A stretch of 15,947 nucleotides of DNA. Source: Myxococcales bacterium. Its GTDB lineage: Bacteria > Myxococcota_A > UBA9042 > JABWCM01 > BTVJ01. Positions within the stretch are counted from its first letter, which is position 1; each line of letters begins with the position of its first letter. Below the pieces are notes generated by a model. It was given only the letters and a program-made list of their open reading frames with translations. It did no database searches and was not told the DNA's origin. The stretch lies in NCBI GenBank assembly GCA_045863395.1, contig BTVJ01000129.1:1-15947 (forward strand), read 5' to 3'. Both the position numbers and the translations under genes were made by a program. Below are positions 8,884 to 15,769 of this stretch, piece by piece.

Positions 8884-9866
8884 TGATCAAGGTCGCGGTG
8901 CTGATGGGCGGCCGGAGCGGCGAGCACGACATCTCGCTCCTCTCCGGCGAGGCGGTGCTCGGGGCGCTCGGGGCGGGGTACGCGGCGGAGGCGGTCCTGC
9001 TGGAGCGCGACGGGACCTGGTGCTTCGGTGGTGAGCGCCTGTCGCCGGGCAGAGGGCTGGCGGAGCTGGAGCGACGCCGCCCGGACGTGGTGTTCCCGGC
9101 GCTGCACGGCCCCATGGACGAGGACGGGACGGTGCAGGCGGCGCTGCTGCTGCTCGGGATCCCCTTCGTCGGCAGCGGCGTGGCGGCCAGCGCCGCCGCC
9201 ATGGACAAGCCGCTGACCAAGCACGTGTTCCGTGGGGTGGGCGTCCCCGTCGCGGCGGACGTGACGGTCGACCGGGAGGAGTGGCGCCGTGACGCGGCGG
9301 GCGTGTGCGCGCGGGTGGCAGCGCAGGTCGGCCTGCCGGTCTTCGTCAAGCCGGCGCGCCTGGGCAGCAGCGTGGGGGTACATCGGGTGACGAGCGCGGA
9401 CTCGCTGGCGGCGGCGCTCGACGACTGCGTGGGCCGCCACGGGGTGGCGCTGGCCGAGAGCCTGTTGGTCGGGCGCGAGCTGACGGCGCCCGTGCTGGAG
9501 GACCCGGCGACGGGGGAGCCCCAGGCGCTGCCGCTCATCGAGATCCGGCCCCTGATGGGGCACGCCTTCTTCGACTACACGGCGAAGTACACCGACGGCC
9601 ACAACGAGGAGCTGTGCCCCGCGCCGCTGGATGCGGCGACCACGGCGGCGGTGCAGGCGCTCGGGCTGGCGGCCCACCGCGCCATGGGGTGCCGGGGGAT
9701 GTCCCGCACCGACTTCATCCTGACGGAGCGGGGCCCCGTGGCGCTGGAGATCAACACGATCCCGGGCCTCACCCGGGAGTCGCTGATCCCCAAGGCGGCG
9801 GCCGCCGCAGGGCTGACCTTCCCCGAGCTCATCGACCGTTTGATCCGGTGCGCCCTGCGGGGGTAG
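8883..9866 (+). CDS. ddl: D-alanine--D-alanine ligase, 327 aa
   Basis: GGRSGEHDISLLSG, LHGPMDEDGTVQ, MDK, VKPARLGSSVG, omega loop FFDYTAKY, SRTDF and LEINTIPG. Confidence 0.96.
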   Translation: MIKVAVLMGGRSGEHDISLLSGEAVLGALGAGYAAEAVLLERDGTWCFGGERLSPGRGLAELERRRPDVVFPALHGPMDEDGTVQAALLLLGIPFVGSGVAASAAAMDKPLTKHVFRGVGVPVAADVTVDREEWRRDAAGVCARVAAQVGLPVFVKPARLGSSVGVHRVTSADSLAAALDDCVGRHGVALAESLLVGRELTAPVLEDPATGEPQALPLIEIRPLMGHAFFDYTAKYTDGHNEELCPAPLDAATTAAVQALGLAAHRAMGCRGMSRTDFILTERGPVALEINTIPGLTRESLIPKAAAAAGLTFPELIDRLIRCALRG

Positions 9867-9875
9867 GGCCCGGCG

Positions 9876-10078
9876 TCAGGAGCTGCACGAGAGCATGGAG
9901 CAGCCTGCGCGGTCTCGTGCCCGATCAGGGCGCTTGGCCGCGAGAGTCTCGCGGCCGGGCTGCTCGTCGTAGGAGCGGCGCATCATGTCCAGCAGCTCGT
10001 TGACTCCGCACGGGTCGCCCTGCTCTGCCGCGTGGATGGCTTGCTGGCGACGCGGTCGTCGAAGCGGAGGTGCTGCAT
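9876..10078 (-). pseudogene. selO: Internally deleted selO/ydiU (protein adenylyltransferase) relic
   Basis: From about 10046 to TGA 9878-9876 the frame reads QQAIHAAEQGDPCGVNELLDMMRRSYDEQPGRETLAAKRPDRARDRAGCSMLSCSS, the characteristic SelO C-terminus. Directly upstream in another frame, GAGGG RBS + ATG 10078 gives MQHLRFDDRVA, resembling SelO N-termini (LxFDNRF). The span is 203 bp, not a multiple of 3. Confidence 0.8.
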
Positions 10079-10113
10079 GGACGCGCCCTCGGTTGGAGCC
10101 AGGGCAATCGCAC

Positions 10114-10449
10114 CTATCGCACGATGCCGAGCAGCAGGCCGACGTCGCGTGCCCAGGCGAGGGTCGCCGCCACGGCCTTCGGGTCCACGTCTCGCTCGCG
10201 CCAGGCCGCCGGACGGCCCGTTGCATACCAGGCGGCCAGATCCACCGCGTCACCCCACGCTCCGCACGCGTCACAGCCCCAGGTGCCCCCCTCGGTCCAC
10301 ACGGGACGGCGCAGATCCGTCTGGGAGACCCGCGGCGCCTTGCACGCCGGGCACGGGCCCCAGCGCTCGCGCAGCTTCGCAGCCCCGGCCACCCGCAGAA
10401 CGAGGCGGGCCGGGAGGTACGCGAGCGGCGCGAGCGGGTCGCGGCTCAC
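10114..10449 (-). CDS. Small protein with a primase-type (zf-CHC2-like) zinc-binding domain, 111 aa
   Basis: WGPCPAC...WGCDACGAWGDAVDLAAW resembles the DnaG zinc-binding domain (CPFH...CFGCGxGGDxIxF). GTG start lies 3 nt after the upstream stop. Confidence 0.7.
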   Translation of the reverse strand: MSRDPLAPLAYLPARLVLRVAGAAKLRERWGPCPACKAPRVSQTDLRRPVWTEGGTWGCDACGAWGDAVDLAAWYATGRPAAWRERDVDPKAVAATLAWARDVGLLLGIVR

Positions 10450-10452
10450 GCG

Positions 10453-10908
10453 CTAAAGGGCGGTCAGGGTCTGGACACGGCAGCGCGCGGGCCGCAGAAG
10501 CGGTGCCCCGTCGGGCCCCACGGGGTAGGACTCCGTGGGAGACGGCGCGGCCGCCTCCACCATGGTGCATTGAACGCGGACCCGCTTGCCGTCCTGGGCC
10601 CTCAGCGCCTCTGCCGGGACCGCGTCGGATGCGCCCAGGACGTGAACGTCGTCCCCGGTCTTGAGCGTGTACTCCACGCCCATGTACGCCTCGACGGATC
10701 GGGTCGGGGGGAGCGGCGCGTAGATCAGGGTCCCCTCCAGCGTGCGCACGTCGGGCGGTGCGGGCGCTGGACTCTTCGCCGCCGGCTCCGTGGCGGACTT
10801 GGGCGGATCCGCGGCCTGCGCACTGGCGCAAGCGCTCACTCCCACGACGACCCATGCGATGGCGATGACTGACGAGCGGCGCTGCAAGATCGACCTCCAG
10901 AGTGGCAA
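10453..10908 (-). CDS. Hypothetical lipoprotein (small beta-barrel/OB-like domain)
   Basis: Hydrophobic stretch VIAIAWVVVGVSA|C (lipobox-like), a Pro/Ala linker and then a GC3-biased globular domain. The TTG start is uncertain. Confidence 0.72.
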   Translation of the reverse strand: MPLWRSILQRRSSVIAIAWVVVGVSACASAQAADPPKSATEPAAKSPAPAPPDVRTLEGTLIYAPLPPTRSVEAYMGVEYTLKTGDDVHVLGASDAVPAEALRAQDGKRVRVQCTMVEAAAPSPTESYPVGPDGAPLLRPARCRVQTLTAL

Positions 10909-11067
10909 GGGACTCAGCGGGTGGCGAGCGCCGAGTCGGGCGACAGCGTCTTCAGCTCCCGAATGGGGGCCAGATCGCTGTCGAACGTGCAGACCCCGTC
11001 CTGCTCGTCCCCTTGGCTCGTGCGGAGAGCCCGAGCCCGTGCAACCGACGGCGCGAGGCCTCGCTCC

Positions 11068-12048
11068 TCAATGGAGCGACCCCGCCTGGTTCGACAGCCC
11101 CTCCCAGGGGCCCGCGACCCGCGGCCAGAGCCTCTCGATCCGGTCCGCGTGTGCCTTATACCATTCCTTGGCCTTCGCCTTGGTCCGGGAGAGCTTCACG
11201 AGCATGTCCCAGGTGGTCTTGAGGTGGGACTGATCCTCGCGGCGGTTGCCGAGGCCGTAGCGCCACCTCGACACGTTGCGGCCGCGGTAGCACCGGAGCA
11301 GGCACGACTTGAACTCGGGGGTCAGCTCGCCGACGAGCTTCTCCACCCGGGCGTGGCGGCCCTCGAGATCCGGGTTGTCGAGGATCCGCTGCAGCGAGAG
11401 CAATACGACAGCCGTCTGGTTGACCGTCTCCAATCGTACCGCGTGGCCGTGGTTGAGCGCAGGTCCGGCGAGGCCATCGCCCTCACGCCGGGCGCCCTCG
11501 ACCCGGTGCCCGCCGGAGCGGCCGTCAGAGCTCAGCGGCTTCTCCAGGAGCTTGAGGTGGTCCGTGAGCACGCGGTCGAGGGTCCGCCGCTGGCCGGGGG
11601 TCGCCACCTCGCGGTACTTCTCGACGATGCTGATCACGACGCCGGTGATGATCGCCGCCAGCCCGTCGGCCGGAGAGATGAAGGTGCGCGCGCCCCCCGT
11701 CCGCGGGCGCACGGTGGCCTGGCGCGCCATGTCGAGGAACGCCACGAGGTTCCCCTTCGGGGTCTTGCGGAGCTTCCCCTGCAGGATCTCCTTCAGCCAC
11801 GGCAGCGGCTCCCCCGAGTACCGGAAGCGGGCCCTGGCGGAGCGCGCGGCGCCGGCCGAGGCAAGCTCGCGATCATCCCCCTCGTCCTCCTCCTCGACGG
11901 CCTCCTCGGCTGCCTGCCCGCCAGGCGCCACCATCTTCTTCTGCTCGGCGAACGTGAGCCCCTTCAGGGCGTGCAGGGGCGAGCCCGCCGGGCCGGGGGA
12001 GTGGGCCGCCGCTCCTCCGATCTTCTTCGTCTTGTGCGCCAGAGCCAT
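11068..12048 (-). CDS. Hypothetical protein, 326 aa, with a low-complexity N-terminal leader and a basic helical C-terminal domain
   Basis: GC3-biased, Lys-containing natural-looking ORF from ATG 12048 (MALAHKTKK). No family recognised and no clear SD. Confidence 0.75.
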   Translation of the reverse strand: MALAHKTKKIGGAAAHSPGPAGSPLHALKGLTFAEQKKMVAPGGQAAEEAVEEEDEGDDRELASAGAARSARARFRYSGEPLPWLKEILQGKLRKTPKGNLVAFLDMARQATVRPRTGGARTFISPADGLAAIITGVVISIVEKYREVATPGQRRTLDRVLTDHLKLLEKPLSSDGRSGGHRVEGARREGDGLAGPALNHGHAVRLETVNQTAVVLLSLQRILDNPDLEGRHARVEKLVGELTPEFKSCLLRCYRGRNVSRWRYGLGNRREDQSHLKTTWDMLVKLSRTKAKAKEWYKAHADRIERLWPRVAGPWEGLSNQAGSLH

Positions 12049-12288
12049 CACGGCACCCGAGCGTTCAGAGGGGCGCGCCTGGGGGACGGCCCACGGTCTC
12101 CGTTTGGCGACGACGCGCGGTCGCCGCCCCTTCGCGGTGATTGGGTCACTATCCACCCAAAACGGGCCGCCCGTCTACCCCAGGAATCGCGCCGGGGGCC
12201 GGAAGGCGGACGCGCTGGAGTCGGCGCACCAAGGGACTTGTGCGCCGTCCCGCGGCGCGGCACCCTGGGCTCCCAGGAGGAGACCGCC

Positions 12289-13104
12289 ATGTCCGACACC
12301 CGCCCCTCCCAACGCGCCCTCCGCGCGGCCGAGCGCGCGCTTGGCCCCTGGTGGCGCGCCACCTCGCCGCGCTTCATGGGGACGGACCGCATCCCCGGCG
12401 GCGGCCCGCTCCTGTTCATCGGCAACCACACGCTGTTCGGGGTGCTCGACGCGCCGCTGATGTTCATGCACCTGTGGCGCGAGCGCGGCATCGTCCTGCG
12501 CGGCCTCGGCGATCACACCCACTTCAGGATCCCCGTGTGGCGCACGCTGCTCGCCCAGTTCGGCGTCATGGACGGGACCCGGGAGAACTGCGCCCGGCTG
12601 ATGCGAGCGGGGGAGCACCTGCTGGTGTTCCCGGGCGGCGGCCGCGAGGTGTCGAAGCGCAAGGGCGAGAAATACAAGCTGATCTGGAGGGAGCGCCTCG
12701 GCTTCGCCCACATGGCCATCGCGTATGACTGCCCGATCCTGCCCTTCGCAGCCGTGGGGGTCGAGGACATGTTCGACATCGTGCGGGATGCGGACGAGCT
12801 GCTCGCGGGCCCCCTCGGCCACGTCGCTCGCCGCCTCGGGGTGCGCAGCGACGTGGTCTGGCCGGTGGTGCGCGGCCGCCGCAGTCTGCTCCCCCGCCCG
12901 GAGCGCCTCTATTTCCACTTCGGTGACCCGATCCAGCCCCCGCCGCCGGGCGACGACCCGCACGCAGCAGCCCGCGGGCTGCGGGATCGGGTCAAGGCAG
13001 CGGTCGAGGCCGGAATCGAGGAGCTGCTCCAAGCGCAGCGCGACGACGCGGGGCACGGGGCGCGGAGCCGCACCGCCGCGACGGACGCCAGTGGGTGGCG
13101 CTGA
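12289..13104 (+). CDS. Lysophospholipid/diacylglycerol acyltransferase family protein (PlsC/DGAT2-like), 271 aa
   Basis: AGGAGGAG RBS before ATG 12289. LLFIGNHTLFGVLD, LLVFPGGGRE, RLGFAHMA and YFHFGDPI. Confidence 0.92.
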   Translation: MSDTRPSQRALRAAERALGPWWRATSPRFMGTDRIPGGGPLLFIGNHTLFGVLDAPLMFMHLWRERGIVLRGLGDHTHFRIPVWRTLLAQFGVMDGTRENCARLMRAGEHLLVFPGGGREVSKRKGEKYKLIWRERLGFAHMAIAYDCPILPFAAVGVEDMFDIVRDADELLAGPLGHVARRLGVRSDVVWPVVRGRRSLLPRPERLYFHFGDPIQPPPPGDDPHAAARGLRDRVKAAVEAGIEELLQAQRDDAGHGARSRTAATDASGWR

Positions 13105-13108
13105 GCGC

Positions 13109-13147
13109 GGCGGCGATCCAAGGTAGGTCCTCGACGGGGTCGCCGCC
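13109..13147 (+). terminator. Possible terminator hairpin after the acyltransferase
   Basis: GGCGGCGATCC (13109-13119) pairs with GGGTCGCCGCC (13137-13147), one G:U pair, starting 4 nt after the stop. There is no U-tract and the loop is large (17 nt). Confidence 0.3.
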
Positions 13148-13237
13148 ACGGCGGTCCACCCCGGGGGCCTCTCTGGCCCGCCAGGACATCCACGGCACGG
13201 CATCGGGCGTCAGAGGGTGTGCGATGTTCCGCCCCGG

Positions 13238-14080
13238 TCAGAGCCCGGCGGCGAACGCCTCGCCGTGCAGCTCCCGCGCGAACCCGACCAACCGCGCCTT
13301 CTCTGCTGCCCCGAGCCCCCTCCACGCGGCCCGAAGCGCGGCCGCGCCCGCATCCGTGGCCGGGATGCGGGAGATTGCCTCCACGGCGACCGCCTCGCTC
13401 TCGCTGCGCGTCGCTCGAGCCAGCAGGGGGAGCGCCGCCGGGTCCGCAGCCACAGCCCGCATCGCCTGCAGGATCTCCACGGGCGAGCCGGCGTCCAGCA
13501 CCTTCTGGAGCGCGGCCGTGCCGGTGAGTGCGGGGGTGGGCTGGGGTGCTACCGACTGCTTCTCGATGGAGAGAGGCCCCGCCCGGGGGATTCTCGCCGT
13601 CATTGGAGTGCGCGCCTCAGGATCGAAGGGCTCGCGCTTCACGAAGCGCAGCTCCAGGCCGTCTGCGACGGGCGTCAGCGCCGGGTCGTCCGCGATCAGC
13701 AGGCCGTCGAAGTCGGTGACGTTCAGCACGCGCACCAGGTCTGCCGGCGCCGGCGGAGAGTCGAGCCAGCCGGCGTCGCGGGCGAGGTCTGCCAGGCCGC
13801 GGTCCAGGTGCCGGCCGTAGGCGCGTCCCGTCCCGTCCACGACCGCGCGGCGCACGCCCGTGCCTGGGTATGCATCCGGGATCGCGACCGTGACCACGCG
13901 CAGCCCCAGAGGCCCCGGGTCCACCCGCGCCTCGGCAGTCTGCGCTCCGCTCTCGCCGGCCAGCGACGCCCGGAGCGCCTCCTCGACGGCCGGGGGCGTC
14001 TCCGCCGACACAGGCGGGGCAAGGGAGATCAGGGCGATCAGAGCCATCACGGACACTCTCGCAACGCCAGTCATCCTCAT
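13238..14080 (-). CDS. Hypothetical exported protein with a HEAT-like C-terminal region, 280 aa; paralogue of 14978-15769
   Basis: Own GAGGAG RBS before ATG 14080. Signal peptide MRMTGVARVSVMALIALISLAPPVSA|E. Shares PDAYPG, LDRG, GWLD.PPAPA, TDFDGLL, PFD and ELHG.AFA with the upstream paralogue. Confidence 0.82.
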   Translation of the reverse strand: MRMTGVARVSVMALIALISLAPPVSAETPPAVEEALRASLAGESGAQTAEARVDPGPLGLRVVTVAIPDAYPGTGVRRAVVDGTGRAYGRHLDRGLADLARDAGWLDSPPAPADLVRVLNVTDFDGLLIADDPALTPVADGLELRFVKREPFDPEARTPMTARIPRAGPLSIEKQSVAPQPTPALTGTAALQKVLDAGSPVEILQAMRAVAADPAALPLLARATRSESEAVAVEAISRIPATDAGAAALRAAWRGLGAAEKARLVGFARELHGEAFAAGL

Positions 14081-14116
14081 GGCAGCTCCTCGATTCTCTC
14101 GCTCGCGAGACGGCGG

Positions 14117-14230
14117 TACCCAGCTCCGCGCGTCCGGCATGCGGGTCACGTTGACCGTCTGCGCCGTCGGCGCCTGGAAGTCCTCGCCGCACTTCGGGCA
14201 ACGCACGTCTGTCTGATGGAACCACGACAT
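14117..14230 (-). pseudogene. 5' stub (about 38 codons) of a CpXC-domain zinc-ribbon gene
   Basis: GAGGAG RBS + ATG 14230: MSWFHQTDVRCPKCGEDFQAPTAQTVNVTRMPDARSWV matches the CpXC start (MS...CPxCG..F......N....P..R). The second CPxC is absent, and the frame runs into the leader of the next gene. Confidence 0.65.
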
Positions 14231-14241
14231 CGGTCACTCCT

Positions 14242-14981
14242 CTATGCGCACGAAGCACGAGGTCCTTCCAGTCGAAGGCCGCGTCGATGCACGCGGCGCG
14301 GCCCTCGAACACCGCGTCGATCTGGCCCTGGCACGCGGCGACGGCGTCTTCTGCCTCCATCTCCTCGTACCCCCTTGCGGCGGCGCGCGCGTCGCCCTCG
14401 AGGATGCGCAGGACCGCCTCCGGGACCTCGAGCGGCAGCCAGGGGCCCGGCGAGAGATCGGGGGCGATGACCAGGCGCCAGCGGCGGAGGGCGGCCCCGG
14501 ACGAGAGCGCGAGCTGCAGCGCGCGGCGCGTGGCGTCGTCGTCGGCGAGCAGGCAGGTGACGACGTCGAGGCGCTGGGGCCCGGAGTCCTGGTCGGTCCA
14601 CAGGGCGCGGATCAGACGATGGACCAGCGGGGACGTCTGGGTGACCCAGAGCAGGCGCAGGACGTCCACCTCGTGGGAGGCCAAGCCGAGGCGGCGGGCG
14701 AGCGTGTCCAGGGGCGACTGCGGGCTGGCGGCGGCGCGGCGCGCGACGAGCTGGTGGAGGTCGCTCACCTCGGTCAGCCAGGGGTCCGGGGGCTCCGGGC
14801 TGCGGAGCGCGGCGAGGGACGCATCGAAGGTGGACGGATCCGCCAGGCGGCGCGAGAGGGCGCTCAGGTCGGCGAGGTGCCGTCCGGCCCTGTCCACCGG
14901 CGCAAACCGGTCGATGCGGGCGAGGACCAGCTCCTCCTGGTCCTTTCGACACGCTGCGTGGTCCCGGTAGGGGCGGGTCAT
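14242..14981 (-). pseudogene. Relic of an Afp15/Pvc15-like (eCIS-associated type) AAA ATPase: N-terminal helical/winged-helix region and inter-AAA linker kept, AAA domains missing
   Basis: GGAG RBS and ATGA coupling at 14978-14981. PLDTLARRLGLASHEVDVLRLL...ALRRWRLV...LEVPEAVLRILEG (N-domain), joined directly to EDAVAACQGQ...AACIDAAFDWKDLVL (the WxDLVLP motif that precedes the C-terminal AAA domain). No Walker A/B. An out-of-frame TAG at 14244-14242 sits just before the next RBS. Confidence 0.68.
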
Positions 14982-15769
14982 CCCAGCTCCGCGCGTAGGG
15001 CGCAAGCAAAGGCGCTGCCGTGGAGCTCATCGGCGACGGCGACCGGCTCGGCTGCTTGCGCCCGTCCGAGGGGCGCCCACCCCGCCGCCAGCGCCGCGGC
15101 GAGGCCGGGCAGATCCGGGGGAAGCGTGAACAGCGCCCGCACCCAGAGCCCCTCGGTGGGGCGCCCGGTCGCCGGGACGAGGGCGGGGATCGCGCGCGGA
15201 TCGCGGCTGCCGGCGAGCGCATGCACGGCACCCATCGCCTCGGCGTCGGGCCCGTCGAGGGAGCGGATGGCGGCGGTGACGGCGTCGATGGGCACGGGCC
15301 CAGAGGGCGGCTGCGAGAGCGGGGCCAGAGAGATGCGCGCGCCGTCCCGACCCACGTGAAGGTGGAGGCGCCACGGCTCCTCGTCGAAGGGGCGGCGCAC
15401 CGTGCCGGTCAGCGCCAGCGCGTCGCCGCCCTCGACGCGCAGGGGCTCCGGGCCGTCCGCCGCGAGCAGGCCGTCGAAGTCGGTCGCCGACAGGGCGTCG
15501 AGCAGCTCTGCCGGCGCGGGGGGCGCGTCGAGCCAGCCGAGCACCGCCGCCAATGCCGCGATGCCGCGGTCCAGCGCGGCGGCGTAGGGGACGCCCTGCG
15601 CGACGACGGCCGTGGCGACACCCGCTCCAGGGTAGGCGTCTGGCGCTGCGGCACCGATCACCGCAGTGCCCGCCGGTCCGGGACGCCGCTGGATCTCGGC
15701 GGTCGCAGGGTCGATGCCGCGACCTCGCAGGGCGTCCCGCATCGCGTCGACGAAGGCTCGATCATCCAT
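14978..15769 (-). CDS. Hypothetical protein with a HEAT-like C-terminal region, 263 aa, no signal peptide; paralogue of 13238-14080
   Basis: GGAG RBS before ATG 15769. DPRAIPALV is HEAT-like. Collinear shared motifs with 13238-14080. Confidence 0.8.
   Translation of the reverse strand: MDDRAFVDAMRDALRGRGIDPATAEIQRRPGPAGTAVIGAAAPDAYPGAGVATAVVAQGVPYAAALDRGIAALAAVLGWLDAPPAPAELLDALSATDFDGLLAADGPEPLRVEGGDALALTGTVRRPFDEEPWRLHLHVGRDGARISLAPLSQPPSGPVPIDAVTAAIRSLDGPDAEAMGAVHALAGSRDPRAIPALVPATGRPTEGLWVRALFTLPPDLPGLAAALAAGWAPLGRAQAAEPVAVADELHGSAFACALRAELG

Larger units (their letters stand above)
13698..15484. repeat. Identical 20-nt direct repeat AGCAGGCCGTCGAAGTCGGT at 13698-13717 and 15465-15484 (TDFDGLL coding block of the two paralogues)
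   Basis: Direct comparison. A further shared block GTCGAGCCAGCCG lies at 13760-13772 and 15527-15539. Confidence 0.85.

Noticed and set aside
8883..9866. Van-type D-Ala-D-Lac ligase
   Set aside because: The omega loop FFDYTAKY is of the D-Ala-D-Ala type, and there are no vanH/vanX/vanRS neighbours.
9876..9878. TGA after CSS read as selenocysteine
   Set aside because: Bacterial SelO normally ends in SCSS-stop, and the Sec-equivalent position is the Cys already present. No SECIS was recognised, and read-through would enter the ddl antisense strand.
11061..11079. Hairpin TCGCTCC-TCAAT-GGAGCGA
   Set aside because: It is only a 7-bp stem overlapping a stop codon with no U-tract, which is expected by chance at this GC content.
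10921..12288. N-terminal 456 aa of the 727-aa + strand ORF
   Set aside because: Antisense to the 11068-12048 gene. The acyltransferase has its own strong RBS and ATG at 12289.
13105..13237. Possible small ORF or remnant (VDRRGGDPVEDLPWIAAALS) on the - strand
   Set aside because: No RBS or recognisable motif, and the ORF overlaps the acyltransferase 3' end.
13617..14241. C-terminal part of the 462-aa ORF 13617-15005
   Set aside because: Read-through after the ATPase relic breakpoint. It overlaps better-supported frames and loses coding-like composition after WKDLVL.
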